A stretch of 64,000 nucleotides of DNA from a virus (taxonomy: Duplodnaviria > Heunggongvirae > Uroviricota > Caudoviricetes). Both the position numbers and the translations under genes were made by a program. The notes under the pieces are model-generated. The model was not told where the DNA came from, did no database searches, and worked only from the letters and a program-made list of their open reading frames with translations. Positions 18,768 through 27,577 of this stretch are shown here, piece by piece (the stretch's first letter is position 1; each line of letters begins with the position of its first letter). The stretch is from the IMG/VR virus record IMGVR_UViG_3300047552_001889, positions 64,001 through 128,000 of that record; one strand, written 5' to 3'.

Positions 18768-19176
18768 GATTAATCTAAATGTGGCAAAAGACTTTTCTGA
18801 GTATCCTGGAGGACGCTCAAGAAAAACTAGCGACCACTCTGGAGAAGAGTTGTATCAGGATTTTCTGCAACCAAAATTTAATGAGGCTGTCAGTGAAAAT
18901 AAAATTCTTTGTATAAACTTAGATGGCGCAGCTGGTTACGCTGCATCATTTCTGGATGAGGCATTTGGAAGACTTGGATTGGAGTTCGGTCTTGAGGAAT
19001 GTAAGAAGAGACTTGAAATAATCAGCACCGAGGAGCCATATCTTGTAGATGAAGTATTTCAATCAATTGAGGAGTGGTCTGTTGATGGGATTCACTACAA
19101 TTCATCTCTTGCAGAAGGTGTTGAGCTTAAGGAGAATAACTACTTTACAAGGGTTAAGAAAAAGAATAAGCAATGA
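18760..19176 (+). CDS. STAS-like domain protein (DUF4325-like)
   Basis: DFS.YPGGR...SGEE, LDG..GYAASFLDEAFG. Confidence 0.75.
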   Translation: MNKINLNVAKDFSEYPGGRSRKTSDHSGEELYQDFLQPKFNEAVSENKILCINLDGAAGYAASFLDEAFGRLGLEFGLEECKKRLEIISTEEPYLVDEVFQSIEEWSVDGIHYNSSLAEGVELKENNYFTRVKKKNKQ

Positions 19177-19796
19177 AAAAAGGTTTAGAGAGTTTTAAGG
19201 CATCTGTTCAAAAAGATTGTGAACAATATACTAATTGTTTCTCAGAAAATGGGTGTACTAAAGAAAGGTATATTTACTTACCTGAAGATAATCCCAAGTT
19301 AATTGAAATGGGCTTCAAAACTAAATGTGTTATGAACACAAAATGTTCTCATGATTATTGTGGTAAATATAAGTGGGTTCTTGAACGGGCTAAACATTAT
19401 TCAGAAAAAACTGGAAAAACAGTTGAAGAAATTATGGAATCTTGGGAAAATGATAGAGGTTATTGGTACATGAATTATTATCAAGATTGTAATCAGCCTT
19501 TAATTAATAGTGAATCAGTAATTGAATATGATTCTTGGATTTCTGCATTGAAAGAAAAATATGGAGAAGATTCTAAAAAGTGGAAATTTAAGTGTCCCTC
19601 TTGTGGAAATGAACAAAGTATAGAAGACTTTTTGAGCCATAATATTGAAGAACCAGAAAATAAAGTTTATTATAACTGTATTGGAAGATATGTATCTGGA
19701 ATTGGTTGTGACTGGACTCTTGGTGGTTTATTTAAAATAAACAAAGTTTCTGTATTAAAGGATGCTGTAGTATTTCCTGTTTTTGAAATTGCGTAA
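19173..19796 (+). CDS. VVA0879-family-like Cys-rich protein
   Basis: WKFKCPSCG...CIGR...GCDWTLGGLF. Confidence 0.65.
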   Translation: MKKGLESFKASVQKDCEQYTNCFSENGCTKERYIYLPEDNPKLIEMGFKTKCVMNTKCSHDYCGKYKWVLERAKHYSEKTGKTVEEIMESWENDRGYWYMNYYQDCNQPLINSESVIEYDSWISALKEKYGEDSKKWKFKCPSCGNEQSIEDFLSHNIEEPENKVYYNCIGRYVSGIGCDWTLGGLFKINKVSVLKDAVVFPVFEIA

Positions 19797-19799
19797 TTT

Positions 19800-20054
19800 A
19801 TGAAAAAACATTTCTTATTAATATCTGTCGGGGTTCTTAACTTCTTTCATGGGCTGATTCACTTGATTCAATTTATCCAGTCTATGATATTTGTTGCGAA
19901 TGCGACTCAGGAGCATCATGAAGAAAGGTTACTAGATTCAATTCTACATAGTCCAATTTTCGCAGGAATAATGGGTATTGTGGGCCTTTTAACCTTAATC
20001 ATTGGTATTAAGGACTACATTCACCACAGAAAATGTCATGGCCATGAAGAATAA
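19800..20054 (+). CDS. small His-rich membrane protein
   Basis: Two TM segments, HH motifs. Confidence 0.7.
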   Translation: MKKHFLLISVGVLNFFHGLIHLIQFIQSMIFVANATQEHHEERLLDSILHSPIFAGIMGIVGLLTLIIGIKDYIHHRKCHGHEE

Positions 20055-20142
20055 GAACAAATCAAATAACAGTGGAGCTGGAGTTGTTATTATTGAACTA
20101 TTGCTAGAGCTAATTTCAGTAATTTTAGAAGGACTTATTTAA
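20044..20142 (+). CDS. small hydrophobic peptide (32 aa)
   Basis: Own translation; fills gap. Confidence 0.4.
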   Translation: MKNKNKSNNSGAGVVIIELLLELISVILEGLI

Positions 20143-20153
20143 GACTAATATTC

Positions 20154-20987
20154 ATGAGTAATAAAATAATTTCAGAAGAAAAAAGCTTTAAGGAATTTCT
20201 TAAAGTAATTTATCCTATACATGGTGTGTTTGGATATGATGGATATATCGAAAATGGACAATTCGTTGAGTATGGTCGAAAGTTCTTGATGTTTGATGAA
20301 AATTTAAAAGTCATATTTGAGAATGAACCTTACAACAGTGGTGGAAACTATCACAAGAATGTTGAAAAGAAGCTTAAGGAGATGAAAGTTGGTGAAGACC
20401 CAGGCTTTAACAATCTACCTCTTAGCCTAACTCATGAAAGGTTTAGAACGGATAATTGTGTAGATGATATGATTTTGCATTTACTTACTCATCACTTTAT
20501 TAATTGGTCTCCATGGTCAAGCCTTAAAGGTGAAGTGCCTGAAGATTATGATATAGAACCTAGTTCTCCAGAATGGGAAAACTTAAATAGAATTAGGTCT
20601 TTTTACTCTATGAAGAGAAACTTACTAAGCGAGAAATGTAAGGATAATTCTCTGGATGAAAAATCTATAGATTATAATTTATTTACCGAAAAGGGGAAAA
20701 AAACAATTGATGATGCTGTTGAGTGGTTCAAGACAAATGAGTCTCGAACACCCCTTCAAGATGCTTGGATGGCTGTGCTGAGAAAAGATGGAATCAACAT
20801 TGATTGGGAACCAAATACTTTTGCTCAAGATGATGAGCTTATAATGAAAAACATTAACTACGAGACAGAAGACGAAATTAAAGAAAGGCGCAAAATAGAG
20901 CATGAAGAATTTAAAAAATCATTGACACCAGAACAAAAAAGTTTCCTTAGGAAAGCGGCTGAAAATCTTAGTAAAAAGAAGAAATGA
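20154..20987 (+). CDS. hypothetical protein
   Basis: Long packed ORF. Confidence 0.8.
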   Translation: MSNKIISEEKSFKEFLKVIYPIHGVFGYDGYIENGQFVEYGRKFLMFDENLKVIFENEPYNSGGNYHKNVEKKLKEMKVGEDPGFNNLPLSLTHERFRTDNCVDDMILHLLTHHFINWSPWSSLKGEVPEDYDIEPSSPEWENLNRIRSFYSMKRNLLSEKCKDNSLDEKSIDYNLFTEKGKKTIDDAVEWFKTNESRTPLQDAWMAVLRKDGINIDWEPNTFAQDDELIMKNINYETEDEIKERRKIEHEEFKKSLTPEQKSFLRKAAENLSKKKK

Positions 20988-22006
20988 AACGAGAATATCT
21001 TAAGACACACAACTACAAAATACTCAAGACCTATACAGTAGAAGAAATAAAGGCTCATGGAGATGCTGAGTTCTTCTACGATAAGGAAGTTACGGACAAA
21101 AGAATTAAACTCAGGAGAGCGCATATTTTGAATGAAATAGGCCATAATTGCTCCGAGGAAGGATGCAACATTTCTGGATTCCACTATGCTCTTGGAGAAG
21201 ATAAGGGCGGTGGTCTTCACCTGGACCTATATGCCTATGATAAGGAAGGTGACCTGGTTATGATTACCATTGACCATATTAAGCCAAAGTCTAAGGGTGG
21301 TTCAGATGATATAGAAAATCTAAGACCTCACTGCAAGCCTCATAATGAAATGAAGGCGAATGACTACAACTTCAATAGAGAATTTAAAAATCTTCTGGAG
21401 ATATATCCAAAGGAACCGATGTTCTCGAAGAACTATGAAATCAGAAGAGAGGTGTTATCTCAGCAAGAGTTGGATATTTTTTCAAATATGGGTGGATTCC
21501 TTGCAAATAAGTACGCAAGCCACTTTGAAGTTGGTAAGGAGTATGTTCAGCTGATTAAGAGAGATAGTGGAACAATGATGTCGGACCACCCATCTGAAAC
21601 CATGTCAAACCAGGAATTCATCAACAAAGCTTATGGAGATGTGATGATATTTGGACTTGGACTTGGTATGATTATTTTTCCACTTCTTGACGATGATGTA
21701 AAGAGCATAACAGTTGTTGAGCAAGACCTTGGGGTTATTGATATGGTTGGTCCAATCATCAAGAAATACGATACAAAGAACAAGGTGACAATAATTAATG
21801 GTGACGCATTCAAGTACCACGAAGTAATGCCTAACTCTCAAAGGTTTGATACCATCTATTTTGACATCTGGATAAGAATTGATGACGATGCATTCAATCA
21901 AATGGAGGAACTTCATAACTTATACAGAAAGTTCTTGAGGTCAAACATTTGCATCATTGACTCTTGGTGCTATAGCATGAAACAAGATTATCTGGAGAGT
22001 ATTTGA
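20984..22006 (+). CDS. HNH nuclease domain fused to class I SAM-dependent methyltransferase-like (spermidine synthase-like) domain
   Basis: TIDHIKPKSKGGSDDIENLRPHCKPHN; VMIFGLGLG, VVEQD, GDAF, FDTIYFDIW. Confidence 0.75.
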   Translation: MKREYLKTHNYKILKTYTVEEIKAHGDAEFFYDKEVTDKRIKLRRAHILNEIGHNCSEEGCNISGFHYALGEDKGGGLHLDLYAYDKEGDLVMITIDHIKPKSKGGSDDIENLRPHCKPHNEMKANDYNFNREFKNLLEIYPKEPMFSKNYEIRREVLSQQELDIFSNMGGFLANKYASHFEVGKEYVQLIKRDSGTMMSDHPSETMSNQEFINKAYGDVMIFGLGLGMIIFPLLDDDVKSITVVEQDLGVIDMVGPIIKKYDTKNKVTIINGDAFKYHEVMPNSQRFDTIYFDIWIRIDDDAFNQMEELHNLYRKFLRSNICIIDSWCYSMKQDYLESI

Positions 22007-22032
22007 AACATTTTTCATTTTGTTTCGTAAAA
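22004..22032 (+). promoter_or_regulatory. ECF-type promoter variant TGAAAC-N16-CGTAAAA
   Basis: One mismatch; TGA is upstream stop. Confidence 0.7.
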
Positions 22033-22039
22033 GAAGTAT

Positions 22040-22162
22040 ATGAAAAATTTTTTTAAAGCTGTAATCCTAATTTCAAACTTCATCCTATGCATGATAGTTG
22101 GAGCAGCATCAATTATTGTGATAGCACCTATTTCTGTTTACGAAGTCATAAATAGCAAGTAA
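22040..22162 (+). CDS. small single-TM peptide (40 aa)
   Basis: Own translation MKNFFKAVILISNFILCMIVGAASIIVIAPISVYEVINSK, directly after promoter. Confidence 0.6.
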   Translation: MKNFFKAVILISNFILCMIVGAASIIVIAPISVYEVINSK

Positions 22163-22163
22163 T

Positions 22164-22664
22164 ATGTTGGAGATAGAGAAAGCGTTTAATGCTGAAATTA
22201 ATGAATTGAAGCATGAGATTGAGAATCATAAGAGTAGAATTAATTTTCTCGCTGAAGTTCCTAAGTTGTATTACAACTATGGGAAGATGAAAGAGGATGA
22301 TATTCGAAAGAATCTCGAAAAAATAAAAATAGTTCTTAGACATTCTGGAAAGTTATACCCAATTACAGAAGAACTTCTTAAGGAAGTTAAAGAAAAGCCT
22401 AGAAATGTTTCTATTCAGTTTGTTGGTAAAATGCAGAACCAAGCTATAGAGGGTCTTAAGGAATACAAGAAAATCAACTATTTGGTCAAGTCATCTTCAA
22501 GATTTTTCTTAAAGCCAGATATTGGTGAAGTTTTTGACCAGATTCACTTTGAAGACCTTTGGGGTGATGACATTAAGGCAATATGCCTAGAGGAAGGTGA
22601 CTTGCTTCTACCAGGAACTGAAGGAGAACACTTCATCATGACAGCAACTCTGTTAACCATATAA
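22164..22664 (+). CDS. hypothetical protein
   Basis: Packed ORF; KPDIGEVFDQI motif. Confidence 0.8.
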   Translation: MLEIEKAFNAEINELKHEIENHKSRINFLAEVPKLYYNYGKMKEDDIRKNLEKIKIVLRHSGKLYPITEELLKEVKEKPRNVSIQFVGKMQNQAIEGLKEYKKINYLVKSSSRFFLKPDIGEVFDQIHFEDLWGDDIKAICLEEGDLLLPGTEGEHFIMTATLLTI

Positions 22665-22691
22665 ACTTTACTCTATAATTATAAATTTAGA

Positions 22692-22725
22692 AAGCCAAGT
22701 CTCTTATTAGGGCCTTGGTTTTTTC
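22692..22725 (+). terminator. intrinsic terminator-like hairpin
   Basis: GCCAAG...CTTGGT stem plus T run. Confidence 0.6.
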
Positions 22726-22737
22726 TTTTAATAAAAA

Positions 22738-22769
22738 TTTGGATAGATAATTTTATTTCTATAAATTTG
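22738..22769 (+). promoter_or_regulatory. Bacteroidota sigmaA-type promoter TTTG-N20-TAAATTTG
   Basis: Consensus match upstream of ATG 22794. Confidence 0.7.
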
Positions 22770-22793
22770 CCATGAGAGACAAAATTAATATAG

Positions 22794-24020
22794 ATGAACA
22801 ATTTATTTATCCCAGAAAAAATTAAGGTAGGATTCCAGGAGAGAAAAGACACCTACACAGGAAAATTAGCTTATGTAGTTTACTACAAGAAGAACAAGCT
22901 AATGAAAGAGAAATCATGGAAAGGTTGGTGTACATTCCCAGGTGATACTAAGAATGGAAAGTGGGAAGGAAGAAGCTATGTTGTCACAGAAACTCATGGT
23001 GATGATATGAAACCTATTGATTTTGAAAACGTTCCAACTGAAGGCTTCGTTCTTAATAAAAAAGTGGGTGGATATAAGTCTGACTGGAACTTTAGACAAA
23101 CATACTGCAGAGTTTATGACCCAAGAGGTTTCGAATTCGAAATCAATATTCCAAATTTGCTGTTTATTCTTCAGGAGTGTAATGCCTACAAGGGTAAGGG
23201 CCTAGAGGGTGAATTTGTCTATGCTTGGGATGGAGCTGACCTCGTTTTGCTTCCAGCTCACTGCAAGGAATATCAAGACTCTATTAAGCATACCAAAATA
23301 CAATTTCAAAACATTGGAGTTAAAGACTTGGAGCCAGGGTGCTATTACAAAACTAAAGACCAGCAGAATGAATACATGTACCTTGGTAAGTTTAATTACA
23401 TTAATCAGAATTATAAAGGAAGTGGTAAAATAGATAAGACTCATGTATTTTACAATCCGAAAGGAGGAGATAGTTATTGGACACCTAAATTTATGGGTAT
23501 GACAAGTCTTTCAACACTTGCTACTAAGATGAATGATGTGGCGGTTCCAGATTTCGCTGAGAAGCTTGAAGAGTTTTCTAAGAGCAAGTGGTCAGGTAGT
23601 ATTTCTGAACTAACAACAACAGTTGCTAAGATAAAATTTCCAAAAGAAGGAACATCAGATTATAAAAGCCGTTATGATTATTTTTGGGGTAGAGATAGGT
23701 ATAATACAGAAGTTCAAAGAAAAAAATTAGATATTGTTTTTCTTAAAGAATCTGATAATTTATATAGAGTTTATACCATTTATGCCCACAGACAACTTAA
23801 GAGTGGAAAAGGTTATGGATACTCCAAAAGTGACTACAGTCATTGGTATACTATATCATCATCTAAGGTTATTTGTCTTGATAATGGAGAATTAATCACC
23901 AAGTCAAGAAAGTTTTCAGATGAAAAGATATATAGTGAAGAGGAAATTAAAGAAAAAGGTTTCGTAATAGTTCACTATTCTCTAAACGGCAAATCTACAC
24001 ACAATCCAGTTTTAGCATAA
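22794..24020 (+). CDS. uncharacterised phage protein, tandem paralog 1
   Basis: FIPEKIKVGFQ.R.DTYT.KLAYV N-terminus shared with next gene. Confidence 0.85.
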   Translation: MNNLFIPEKIKVGFQERKDTYTGKLAYVVYYKKNKLMKEKSWKGWCTFPGDTKNGKWEGRSYVVTETHGDDMKPIDFENVPTEGFVLNKKVGGYKSDWNFRQTYCRVYDPRGFEFEINIPNLLFILQECNAYKGKGLEGEFVYAWDGADLVLLPAHCKEYQDSIKHTKIQFQNIGVKDLEPGCYYKTKDQQNEYMYLGKFNYINQNYKGSGKIDKTHVFYNPKGGDSYWTPKFMGMTSLSTLATKMNDVAVPDFAEKLEEFSKSKWSGSISELTTTVAKIKFPKEGTSDYKSRYDYFWGRDRYNTEVQRKKLDIVFLKESDNLYRVYTIYAHRQLKSGKGYGYSKSDYSHWYTISSSKVICLDNGELITKSRKFSDEKIYSEEEIKEKGFVIVHYSLNGKSTHNPVLA

Positions 24021-25186
24021 TGAAGTCACAATTATTTATACCAGATAAAATTCGTGTAGGATTCCAGAGAAGAGAAGACACATACACGAAGAAGCTTGCC
24101 TATGTAATATACTATGGTTCAGATGGAAAGCTTAGAAAGGAAACATCTTGGAAAGGGTGGTGTCATATTCCTGGAGAGAAAAAAGGTAAGTGGAGCAGTC
24201 AAGTTGTTGAAGATGACCCAGAACTTATGCCATTTGACCTAGACAACAAGCCACATAGCGGATTTGTGCTCAATAAAGGAGTGCAAAGATATGGATACTG
24301 GGGTAATGGTAGGAATATGATTCGTGTCTATGATGACAGAGGAATTGAGTTTGAAATAACAACGGATAACTTGATGTTCATATTGATGACTACAAACTGT
24401 CACAAGAGAGGTCTTGAAGGTGAGTTTGTATATGCATGGGCTGGTAAGGATTTAATATTACTACCAACTGGGTGTGAAGAGTATAAAGAATCGGTTGAAT
24501 ACACTGGCCTACAAACCAAAAAAATTGGGGCAAAAGACATGGTTCCAGGTTGCGCCTATACCAATAAGAATAAAAAGAAACTCATTTATCTTGGCAGGTT
24601 TAATTGGTATGAGAATATTAGATATTGGAGGTCTAAGTCAAAAGGAAATATTGATATGAAGAAGCATCACATATTCAAGCAAGAAGACTCAAAGCAAGAT
24701 GAATATGTGATAATGGATAGTTTTGCTAAGTTAGCAACAAAAGATACAGATGTGCCAGTATCTAACTATGCTGAATTGATTGAAGAGTTTTCAAAAGCTA
24801 AGTATGCTTCTTTACCAATTGGTTTTGAAAGTAATGTTGTAATTCCAGACTGGAGTCTTGAAAGTGAAGACCAGTGGCATGATAAAGTTTTTGGAAGTAA
24901 TCTGTTCATAAAGCATGATGAAAACAACTATACCAAAGTGAGAATTTGTGTAGACCGAAAATATAATTACGAGACAAAAAAATATGAAATTGAAAGGGGT
25001 TATTACATAAGTAATGAAAGAAAATATACTCTTCTGGATTCAAATAATTTTAAGTATGAGTGGGATTGGAATAATAGTTATGATAATAGGAAATACTACA
25101 CAAAAGAAGAGCTAAAAAGCTTGATTTTTTATGAAATTTTTATTAAATTAGATAGTGGTAGATTGGTCAGAATAGACCAATATTAA
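24020..25186 (+). CDS. uncharacterised phage protein, tandem paralog 2
   Basis: FIPDKIRVGFQRREDTYTKKLAYV...GLEGEFVYAW.G.DL.LLP. Confidence 0.85.
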   Translation: MKSQLFIPDKIRVGFQRREDTYTKKLAYVIYYGSDGKLRKETSWKGWCHIPGEKKGKWSSQVVEDDPELMPFDLDNKPHSGFVLNKGVQRYGYWGNGRNMIRVYDDRGIEFEITTDNLMFILMTTNCHKRGLEGEFVYAWAGKDLILLPTGCEEYKESVEYTGLQTKKIGAKDMVPGCAYTNKNKKKLIYLGRFNWYENIRYWRSKSKGNIDMKKHHIFKQEDSKQDEYVIMDSFAKLATKDTDVPVSNYAELIEEFSKAKYASLPIGFESNVVIPDWSLESEDQWHDKVFGSNLFIKHDENNYTKVRICVDRKYNYETKKYEIERGYYISNERKYTLLDSNNFKYEWDWNNSYDNRKYYTKEELKSLIFYEIFIKLDSGRLVRIDQY

Positions 25187-25218
25187 TATGGTAAATTAAA
25201 GGTAAAAAGAGTAAAGAA

Positions 25219-25662
25219 ATGGCAACAAACACAGATGCAAAAGTTCAGCTACTAATTCAGGAAGTAGCTAAGAGAAAAGAAGAAATTAAGAAGGCTGAAA
25301 AGCCAAACTGGGTAACCAACTGCAGCTTCAGATACAGCGAAGATAGAGCAGAAGGATTCAACATCCAGACAATCACAGATACAGATAAATTAGTTCACGC
25401 TCTTGCGTTTCTTAAATCAAGAGCAGCAGCTTATGACGAGGCTGCAGCAGAGCTTGGAGTTAAGGGTGGATTTTCATGGCTTGGGTTCTCTCTTGAAGAC
25501 TGGACCACAGACTTTAAGACAAGAGTTGATAAGGTGAATATCACTAAGAAGAAGAAAGAGCTAGAGCTTCTTGAAGAGAGGCTTGATAAACTTATCAGTC
25601 CAGAGCTTAAGGCTCAAATGGAACTTGAGGAAATCACTAAAATGCTTGAGTCAGGTGAGTAG
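25219..25662 (+). CDS. uncharacterised helical protein
   Basis: KPNWVTNCSF motif, C-terminal coiled coil. Confidence 0.8.
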   Translation: MATNTDAKVQLLIQEVAKRKEEIKKAEKPNWVTNCSFRYSEDRAEGFNIQTITDTDKLVHALAFLKSRAAAYDEAAAELGVKGGFSWLGFSLEDWTTDFKTRVDKVNITKKKKELELLEERLDKLISPELKAQMELEEITKMLESGE

Positions 25663-25675
25663 TATATTTGGAGAT

Positions 25676-26077
25676 ATGAGTGAATTTGGAGCTGAGCCTA
25701 AGGAAAATAAACCAGCGGCTCAGCCTAAGTCCACAGCACCAGACTCTTCACACACTGAGTCTAAGAATGAAGAGTATGTTCTTGTTAGGCTTGACGCTTG
25801 CTGGGCAGATGAATTTGATGTTCGTCATGCCTGGGTTATGACAAGAGAAGAGTATGAAGAAGGTGTGGAATCCTCAAAACAGGAGCTTGAAAAGCGTGGT
25901 AGATATACTGAAATCTACTTTGGAACAAACGAAGCTATTGAAGTAGAAAACTTTGATGACTACATGAGCAACCTCTCTGTAGAGATAATTTCCAAAGAAG
26001 ACTATGAAGCATTCAACAGAATGTTTGGTGGTAGCTTTGGAATGTTCGGCTACTACTTTCCATATGGAGATTATTAA
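25676..26077 (+). CDS. hypothetical protein
   Basis: Start moved to ATG 25676. Confidence 0.75.
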   Translation: MSEFGAEPKENKPAAQPKSTAPDSSHTESKNEEYVLVRLDACWADEFDVRHAWVMTREEYEEGVESSKQELEKRGRYTEIYFGTNEAIEVENFDDYMSNLSVEIISKEDYEAFNRMFGGSFGMFGYYFPYGDY

Positions 26078-26083
26078 AATTAA

Positions 26084-26704
26084 ATGAATTCAACTGACAT
26101 ACAAAATAGACTTAGTGAATTATTTAGCAATCATGACCATCATTTCAGAAATAAATATATTTTTGATAGTGATTGGGAGTCGGATTATTTCTCAGTAACA
26201 AAATCAGGATACCTTTGTGAGGTTGAAATAAAAATTTCTAAGTCAGACTTTCAAGCTGACTTCATTAAATTTAAACACAAGCTATTTGAGGGTAGAAATG
26301 AGAAAGAAGTTATTAAGGAGGCTAAATACAGATGGAGTAAGCGTTGGAAGAAAAATGTAAAAAAAGCTCCAGAGAAAAAGGTAAATCCACAAGAGATTAA
26401 AATGCCAAATAGATTTTATTTTGCGTGTCCAGATGGGTTAATTGATATTAAAGACGTTCCTGAATACGCAGGTTTAATATATGTAACAGATAGTTTTCAT
26501 ACAACTAAGATTGTTAAACAAGCGCCTCTTCTACACAAAAGAAAAGAAGATATTAAGGAACTTCTATTTTCTAAATATCAATGGGGATATATAAATGTAA
26601 AAAATGAATTTGAAATTATGTGCAGAGGTCTTGAAAAGAAATTCAACCTTCCACATAATTCCGTAAATTCAATTTCCTCATTCAATAAGCTAGTAAAAAA
26701 TTAA
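26084..26704 (+). CDS. MmcB-like PD-(D/E)XK nuclease
   Basis: ESDYF...EVEIKISKSDFQADF, PNRFYFACP, PEYAGLI. Confidence 0.75.
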   Translation: MNSTDIQNRLSELFSNHDHHFRNKYIFDSDWESDYFSVTKSGYLCEVEIKISKSDFQADFIKFKHKLFEGRNEKEVIKEAKYRWSKRWKKNVKKAPEKKVNPQEIKMPNRFYFACPDGLIDIKDVPEYAGLIYVTDSFHTTKIVKQAPLLHKRKEDIKELLFSKYQWGYINVKNEFEIMCRGLEKKFNLPHNSVNSISSFNKLVKN

Positions 26705-26714
26705 CAAAATTTTT

Positions 26715-26743
26715 TGAAACATAATCAAAAAATTAACGTATAA
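26715..26743 (+). promoter_or_regulatory. ECF-type promoter TGAAAC-N16-CGTATAA
   Basis: Exact motif. Confidence 0.8.
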
Positions 26744-26775
26744 TGTTTGTTTTAAGCATTATAAATAAAAAAGTT

Positions 26776-27411
26776 ATGCATAAAAATTTAAAAAATATTT
26801 TAATACCAGTATTTGTATTGGTATCATCTCTGATTTTGATGTCATTCTATGTTGATGACATATCGAAAAACAATATTGGAAACAGTATTAATTTTAATAT
26901 TGACTTATTAAATCAAGATTCTATTGAAATTGCAATCAACAAAAGAGACAGTCTGGTACAAGACTCTATATTTGGAACTTACAAGTCTGATGCAGACTTA
27001 TTCTTAAGTAGAGAGATTTTCAATGGAACTCCTATAACTGGAGATGTTCTCTTTAAGTGTGCAAAGAGGGTCTACGACTCAACAAATGTGTTTGTGCCTC
27101 TTGAGTTGGTTCTGGCTCAAGCTCAGCTTGAGTCTGGAATGGGAAAGGTTAAGAATTCCAAGTACAAAAACAACTTCTTTGGGATAATGGATGGTGGGAA
27201 CCTGAAAAGATTCAAGACTGTTGAAGATGGTATTGAAGGTTACTACATGCTGATGAGTACAAAGTACTTAAGATGCAAGACTGTGGATGAACTCCTAAGA
27301 AACTTTACAAATTGTGGTGGAAAGAGGTATGCTTCAGAAACTTATGAGGCAAGCATTAGAAAGCAATATCACACAGTTAAGAGTTGGATTAGAAATAATC
27401 GAGAATCTTAA
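26776..27411 (+). CDS. GH73 glucosaminidase-like peptidoglycan hydrolase with N-terminal TM/signal
   Basis: LAQAQLESGMG, NNFFGI, F.TVEDGI..Y, YAS; start moved to ATG 26776 because 26743 overlaps the -10. Confidence 0.8.
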   Translation: MHKNLKNILIPVFVLVSSLILMSFYVDDISKNNIGNSINFNIDLLNQDSIEIAINKRDSLVQDSIFGTYKSDADLFLSREIFNGTPITGDVLFKCAKRVYDSTNVFVPLELVLAQAQLESGMGKVKNSKYKNNFFGIMDGGNLKRFKTVEDGIEGYYMLMSTKYLRCKTVDELLRNFTNCGGKRYASETYEASIRKQYHTVKSWIRNNRES

Positions 27412-27418
27412 CTTATTT

Positions 27419-27447
27419 TGTAACATTTTTCTATTACATCCGTATAA
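27419..27447 (+). promoter_or_regulatory. ECF-type promoter TGTAAC-N16-CGTATAA
   Basis: Exact motif; precedes non-coding structured segment. Confidence 0.8.
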
Positions 27448-27452
27448 ATACT

Positions 27453-27566
27453 GAATAAGAGCTTGAGGTATCACTACAAAGCACAATTACCCGATTGGTC
27501 TGGCGAGGTATCTTATAGAATGCACAATTACCCACAAGGTCAGCCATAAGCTCTTATTCTTTTTTT
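27453..27566 (+). ncRNA. candidate small RNA: 12-bp closing stem around two 40-41 nt repeat units, ending in a U-tract
   Basis: GAATAAGAGCTT (27453-64) / AAGCTCTTATTC (27548-59) + T run; GAGGTATC-N8/9-GCACAATTACCC-N4-GGTC twice; no ORF. Confidence 0.6.
27465..27541 (+). repeat. two bipartite direct repeats
   Basis: GAGGTATC at 27465 and 27505; GCACAATTACCC at 27481 and 27522; GGTC at 27497 and 27538. Confidence 0.9.
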
Positions 27567-27577
27567 AACTCAATAAG

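Noticed and set aside
27465-27541. CRISPR mini-array
   Set aside because: Only two units, with repeats split into 8- and 12-nt blocks and variable parts of 4-12 nt; no cas genes. Kept as a candidate ncRNA instead.
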